Source of the DNA: Scyliorhinus canicula
Taxonomy: Eukaryota
DNA: 64,000 nucleotides
Direction of reading: 5' to 3'
NCBI RefSeq assembly: GCF_902713615.1
Contig: NW_024056010.1
Location: forward strand, 124,001-188,000
The notes beneath the pieces were generated by a model, which saw nothing but the letters and a program-made list of their open reading frames with translations, made no database searches and was not told the DNA's origin. Below are positions 58,001 to 64,000 of the stretch, in pieces. The position numbers and the translations under genes are program-made. How positions within the stretch are numbered: position 1 is the first letter of the stretch; every line of letters starts with the position of its first letter.

Positions 58001-59240
58001 CTGTGTGAGTGAGGGCGTGTGAGTGAGGCTGTGTCTGTGAGTGAGGCTGTGTGAGTGAGGGTGTGTGAGTGAGGGTGTGTGAGTGAGGAGAGTGAGTGAG
58101 GCTGTGTGAGTGAGGATAGTGAGTGAGGCTGTGAGTGAGGGTGTGTGAGTGAGGCTGTGTGAGTGAGGCTGTGTGAGTGAGGCTGTGTGAGTGAGGGTGT
58201 GTGAGTGAGGGTGTGTGAGTGAGGCTGTGTGAGTGAGGCTGTGTGAGTGAGGCTGTGTGAGTGAGGCTGTGTGAGTGAGGGTGTGTGAGTGAGGAGAGTG
58301 AGTGAGGCTGTGTGAGTGAGGGTGTGAGTGAGTGAGGATAGTGAGTGAGGAGAGTGAGTGAGGCTGTGTGAGTGAGGATAGTGAGTGAGGCTGTGAGTGA
58401 GGGTGTGTGAGTGAGGCTGTGTGAGTGAGGCTGTGTGAGTGAGGCTATGTGAGTGAGGCTGTGTGAGTGAGGGTGTGTGAGTGAGGCTGTGTGAGTGAGG
58501 GTGTGTGAGTGAGGAGAGTGAGTGAGGCTGTGTGAGTGAGGGTGTGTGAGTGAGGCTGTGTGAGTGAGGCTGTGTGAGTGAGGCTGTGTGAGTGAGGGTG
58601 TGTGAGTGAGGAGAGTGAGTGAGGCTGTGTGAGTGAGGGTGTGAGTGAGTGAGGATAGTGAGTGAGGAGAGTGAGTGAGGCTGTGTGAGTGAGGATAGTG
58701 AGTGAGGCTGTGAGTGAGGGTGTGTGAGTGAGGTTGTGTGAGTGAGGGCGTGTGAGTGAGGCTGTGTCTGTGAGTGAGGCTGTGTGAGTGAGGGTGTGTG
58801 AGTGAGGCTGTGTGAGTGAGGGTGTGTGAGTGAGGGTCTGTGAGTGATGCTGTGTGACTGAGGGTGTGTGAGTGAGGCTGTGTGAGTCAGGGTGTGTGAG
58901 TGAGGGTGTGTGAGTGAGGATGTGTGAGTGAGGCTGTGTGAGTGAGGGTATGTGAGTGAGGGTATGTGAGTGAGGGTGTGTGAGTGAGGCTGTGTGACTG
59001 AGGCTGTGTGAGTGAGGGTGTGTGAGTGAGGGTGTGTGAGTGAGGGTGTGTGAGTGAGGCTGTGTGAGTGAGGCTGTGTGAGTGAGGCTGTGTGAGTGAG
59101 GCTGTGTGAGTGAGGCTGTGTGAGTGAGGATGTGTGAGTGAGGCTGTGTGAGTGAGGATGTGTGAGTGAGGCTGTGTGAGTGAGGGTGTGTGAGTGAGGG
59201 TGTGTGAGTGAGGGTGTGTGACTGAGGCTGTGTGAGTGAG
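55080..59240. repeat. TGAG-based complex repeat (12-bp gagtgagggtga(a/t)t, 14-bp gtgtgagtgagg(c/g)t)
   Basis: Visible periodicity; blocks 56195-56330 and 57750-57890 are near-duplicates. Confidence 0.93.
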
Positions 59241-62200
59241 CCATTAAATAGATCAAGGACTGCCATAGCACGGAATGTAACCCAATAAATCGCTCTCTGC
59301 AGTGCCGAATCGAAAATTCCCAAGACCGATATATCACTGCTTAAAAATCACCCAAATCTCCTTCTCCAGCCTGTCTGGTGCTGCTGAATTCTTTCTGACT
59401 GTCATTATCTGGGTTTGGAATCCCCTTTCTGAGTCGCCTAGTCAAACATCAAGTACAATTTCCACATTTCACACATACACAAGTTTTATTGAAGGGCTTG
59501 ATCAAATTGCACTCCCTGAAATATTGGAAAATGAAGTAGAAGATTTACAACCAGTCAGGAAGATTCCTGGTCCCAGCACAGTGACCGCACGCACAGAAAC
59601 TGAACAGACACACATGACAACAATCGAGTTCCAGCAGATCTGTTCAATCTGTCAGTTTCATGAAACTGTTTGATTTTAATTTATCAATGGCCAACTTCCG
59701 ACAACAATAATTTAGTGACTTATTTGAAATTAAACTGACATTAATTTCAAAACTGCGTTTGGTTTTTAACAATTTCTCTCTGTCTATCTCAAAACTCGAT
59801 AATTGGGCAAAAAGTAGTTTTGCTGAAAATGAGCAGATTAAATATTACAGATTCAGGGCAGATTAATGACAGAACAGAGACTCAGTGACAGGGCAATAAT
59901 TAAACAAACCAGGAAATATTCACATTACCCACTGATATGATCTAAAAACACAATTAAATGTAATCAGAAAAAGAATCAGGGCAAAAGAATGTAATCAGAA
60001 AAAGAATTTAGCTGCACACAGCAGTATAATGAAATGTATAGTTTCCTAAATTAATTTCAGATATTATTAAAATTATCTAAGACATTTGAGATATTGCACG
60101 CCAGGATACAACTCAATTGTAGGAGATCATTTATATTGAATTAATTCTCACTGATATTGTATTGTAAGTTATTGTTAATTGTCAGCTAATTCTTTATTCG
60201 ATTATCTGTACTATAATAATGAATATAATAAAAATAGCATTCAATAATCCCCAATTTATTTTTACCCAGAGCTTTGTGAAATAATTGGGATTTAATTAAA
60301 ACAACCTGACAATCAAACAATGTTGAACAGTAAACTCCAACTTACTCGATGGAATCATCTTAACATTTAATTGACTAAATTCACATTTTTAAAAACTCAA
60401 ATTGCTCTATTCGACCTACAAATGTGTAAAATCTGCACCTTTCTGAACACATTGATAAATCATAACCTCCATCTATTCTCAGAAAGTAATGAATATAACG
60501 AGAACAGCTGAGTTTGTTCAAATCATTTGCAAAACTCACCCATTATGAGCAAGTGGAGAATTTGTTGTTGAATTTAGCATTTAATAAAATTTAAGCCAAA
60601 AGCTGAGATATAATCATTCTTCCTTTCCAATCATCTGTTCTTCCTATAATTCTATCGTCTGTAGAGGACAGCCGTGGGAGACAGGATGTCATTATAAAAT
60701 GCAACGGTACTGTTAACCTTTTGTAAATAAATAAATCGGTTTGACATTCAAGCTTTTACTTTTCAATCTCTTGCCATATGCAATCTGAACTTTCCTATAA
60801 TACAAATAAAATCATGGGAACAATTCATTGATTGGCAGCGACTTCCACATCTCAGAAACCTGTTTAAGATTAGTTTAGTGATAATTCCCTCGCTATCCAA
60901 CTACGCATTACAGTGGAGGTACAATATGGTTGCAGCGGCACAGAAATAATAGAATAACTGGAACTACAAAGTATTTCCAACCTAGAAACCTGTCCGACCA
61001 TGTCAATCTCGTGCAGAACACAGCAGGATTGTGAAAGGCGATTGATGCTGAATTAAATTAATCTAAAATAACCCTTGGTTAATATAGAGTTGAATCACCG
61101 CATTGCAATTGTTTGAATTATTAAAATGTTACTGTGTTCTGCATGGGCGTTTCAGTCACTATTTCGTGTAATCTGGAAGCATCAGTTAAAATTACAAAAT
61201 GCATTAATATATATTTTTAAGATTATTTTCTTAAGCCTGGCTGTTTTCTCCCGACAATCGCCCTTCAAGCATTTTCAAACGCCGAGACTGTTTGCATTCA
61301 ACCAGAAAACGTGTAACCGCTCAATGTCACCGAGTTTAAACAATGCAGAAACAATGCAGAAACGCTGAACCGTTTGACAGATCTGAATCATTTAAAGTCA
61401 CCCAGATACACAATCTCCTCAGCAGAACAAAACACTAAATTACATCAATGAAGGACTGAAACCCGTTTATGGAGAAGCAGCTCAATTCTACATCGAACAG
61501 GATCAAACTTAATATTGCAAGAAAATATCAATAGCCAGCAAAGCAGCTCGTAACCAAATGTATAAATTATTAAACTAAACAGAAATGTGGAATAACACAA
61601 ATAGCACTGCGACGTGCTCGAATATTAACAACAAATAAATATTGAAACTCAACCATTTTGTTTCATACTGAGTCATTTTTCAAACATATTTAAATGCTTT
61701 TTAATGTTTGCAGTTCATGGTAAAAGCTGCAACCATCAGATGCCACCGAGATTAAACTTTGCACAAACGGCAAACTGTGATTGCAGCAACAACCTGTGCT
61801 CGGAAAGGATTTGTCGGAAAGCGTAAAAGTGTAATCTGCAATTTTCACTGTTTTTCAATGTGCACTAACAGCCTCCCTGTCCTCTGCGACAAGCAGTTTC
61901 CAACACGTATACCCTTTGCATTCAGTCACAAACTGTGCAACCGCTCAGTGTCACCGAGTTGAAACAATAGACACACCAAACCGTTTCACAAACTTTCCTA
62001 CACAAAGTCTCCCAAAAACATTCCTCAGCAGGAAAACACCAAACCACATCACTGAAGGAGTGAAACATCACGGAGAAGCAGCTCAATTCTACAAACACTT
62101 CCAAAAGAATCAAATGTAACATTGCAAGAACATCTCAATTTAGAATGCACCAAACCCCCATTTCATCAAATGAACGAACAGGTAAACTAAACAGAAAACT

Positions 62201-62643
62201 TGAATAATACCATCAGCACTTTCAGTAAGCAGAACATGTTCAATAAGATAATATAGAAACTTTAGCACATTTTGTCAATGTTGGGATCGATCTCATACAC
62301 TTGTGCAGAAGACGGTACAAATTGCAGACATTAGATAGAACCGAGATTAAACATCGTAAAAACACACGTTTTGTATTTAAACTAACCCCGCCACACAGTA
62401 TCCTCAGCAAATAAACACCAAATCACAGCAAACAGGGTCTGAATCCCTCAGCAGCATCCTCCTGTCAAGAAACCTCGGGATTCTATATCCCCCTTTCAGC
62501 AGAATCAAATAAACATTGCAACAACATCACAATACACGATCCACCAAAACACATTTCAGTGAACGAATGGATTTGGAAAATGCAGAAAAATATAAAACAA
62601 ATACTCAAATAAAACAGTTGGTGAATGACGGAATGGTTCTTAC

Positions 62644-62691
62644 CTGCAGTCACCGTCACCATGGTGCCTTGTCCCCAGTAGCCGAAGTAGT
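62644..62691 (-). CDS. IGHJ: JH segment (YFGYWGQGTMVTVTA)
   Basis: WGQG motif; donor g|gtaag at 62643. Confidence 0.97.
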
Positions 62692-62730
62692 CACAGTGTC
62701 ACATTCCCTGGGCTGCTCCATACAATAACC
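62692..62730 (+). other. JH RSS, 23-bp spacer
   Basis: CACAGTG 62692-62698; ACAATAACC 62722-62730. Confidence 0.95.
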
Positions 62731-63052
62731 GCACCTGCACAAAATAGACAGAAATCCACCATTATTTTAAATATTCACAAACCAACGGCAAATAAAATTC
62801 AGGATTAATTATCAGGAAATTATATTAATATTTGTGCATACCGTTCTCTCTTCATAAATGACCGAATGTTTTACATTTTACAGACATGGAAATGTTATTG
62901 AAAACACCAACTGTGACTAACTAACGACCACCAATTTTCCACATTAATTCTTATCATTTTGTCAGTGCTGGAAATAAATAATGCTTCACTGTGAATAAAG
63001 TTGGATTGTAAAAGCGAGCACTGAGCCAGCTTCAGTTAATTAGTGCTGAGGG

Positions 63053-63118
63053 GCTTTTTGTATTGACAGTAACTGCTGTGCCCCAGTTATCACAGTGAGA
63101 CACAGCGTGTCAAATACT
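63053..63118 (-). other. D2 segment ATAACTGGGG (63081-63090) with 12/12 RSSs
   Basis: 3' RSS CACAGCA-12-ACAAAAAGC; 5' RSS CACAGTG-12-TCAAATACT. Confidence 0.92.
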
Positions 63119-63430
63119 GCGGCAGACTGTTAACTGTAAAATACAGAGATTTAATTTCACTGCTCACTCAGAAAACTAACTCTGTCTCTTCCAAGAGCGA
63201 ACGGGTGAGTTATTTCAGCTTGTCCTGGTCATTACATTTATAAAGAGGATCGGAACACTTTTAAAACCTCTGTGCACATTTCGCGAGTCGGTGAACAGTG
63301 ATAAAGTGGAAGATTTTTATACCTTTTTGCAAACTAATATTACTTCCAAACGTTGTTTTATTTAAAACTCGTTTACTTTAACGTTCGTGCTGTGACGCTG
63401 ATCACCAATTTGAACAAGCTCTTTCACTGA

Positions 63431-63511
63431 GGTTTTTGTATGAGGATGTCGCTGCGCACAGCACTGTGACCCACTGCTGTAGTCACAGTGACAGACACCC
63501 GCACAAAAACT
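63431..63511 (-). other. D1 segment ACTACAGCAGTGGGT (63469-63483) with 12/22 RSSs
   Basis: 5' RSS CACAGTG-12-ACAAAAACT; 3' RSS CACAGTG-22-ACAAAAACC. Confidence 0.95.
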
Positions 63512-63881
63512 GCACTCACTCTCTGTTCAGTCCTGCCGCTCAATATTCACTTCAAATACACGTTTACTTCTGATCTAATTTACAATTTATACAGCAGTTT
63601 ATCAAATCCAATGTACATAGATTTTCCCAAGTATCAGAAATAATAAAACGATGATTATATACAAGTCTGTAATAGCTGAAACTGTTAACAATAAATATAA
63701 ACTGACACAAGCTCATCCTATTATATCGATTGGTGTGTTCAGTTTTACAGTTTAATTTTCTCTGTGTTAGTTATGTAAGAAGCAGCTTGTGCAATGACTC
63801 TGATCACTGACATTAATATTACATTTGAATCAAGTGCTGACCTTCAGGTTAAGCTGCAAGTTGCTGAATTCCCTCTCGAGC

Positions 63882-63920
63882 TGTTCTTGTGCGGGTCCAG
63901 CCCTGGTTCCTCTCGCTGTG
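63882..63920 (-). other. VH RSS, 23-bp spacer
   Basis: CACAGCG 63920-63914; ACAAGAACA 63890-63882. Confidence 0.92.
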
Positions 63921-64000
63921 GTCTCTTGCACAGTAATAGATGGCGGTGTCTTCGGTCTTCAGACTCCTCATGGCCAAAGAGAAGATGTTGTTTGAAGTGT
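63921..64000 (-). CDS. IGHV: VH exon, FR3 end (partial, runs off the window)
   Basis: [26 protein letters not shown]. Confidence 0.96.

Noticed and set aside
53869-59337. Long Leu/Thr/His/Ser ORFs (423-478 aa)
   Set aside because: Artefacts of the TGAG repeats inside the IgM intron.
63101-63107. Extra heptamer CACAGCG inside the D2 5' spacer
   Set aside because: No nonamer-like sequence at 12 or 23 bp.

Overview
This is vertebrate DNA from a cartilaginous fish (shark-type). The evidence is the Ig cluster organisation, the IgM sequence and the repeat families; the species cannot be fixed from the sequence alone. The right third (about 43.9-64 kb, minus strand) is a germline, unrearranged IgM heavy-chain minilocus: 3' end of VH, D1, D2 and JH with their RSSs, a 10.9-kb repeat-rich J-C intron, Cmu1-Cmu4 with secretory tail, then TM1 and TM2. 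All C and TM exons are open and have canonical splice sites. The left two thirds are a cluster of finger-only C2H2 zinc-finger genes: three apparently intact, two disrupted, and several remnants. They are built from a repeated CpG-promoter/intron/finger-exon cassette and include a large inverted duplication. The region is heavily invaded by V-SINEs, CR1, L2, L1/Tx1-like and Penelope-like elements and by minisatellites. The strongest leads are (1) switch-like features upstream of Cmu1, namely a 29-bp array with about 22 AGCT AID hotspots and a G-rich, G4-prone non-template tract, and (2) an 84-bp mobile element with a 12-bp TSD that carries a minimal hammerhead-ribozyme-like motif. Other leads are minisatellites seeded from retroelement ends and SINE tail swapping at paralogous sites. 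Repeat boundaries were placed by eye and are approximate; exon, RSS and TSD coordinates were counted base by base.
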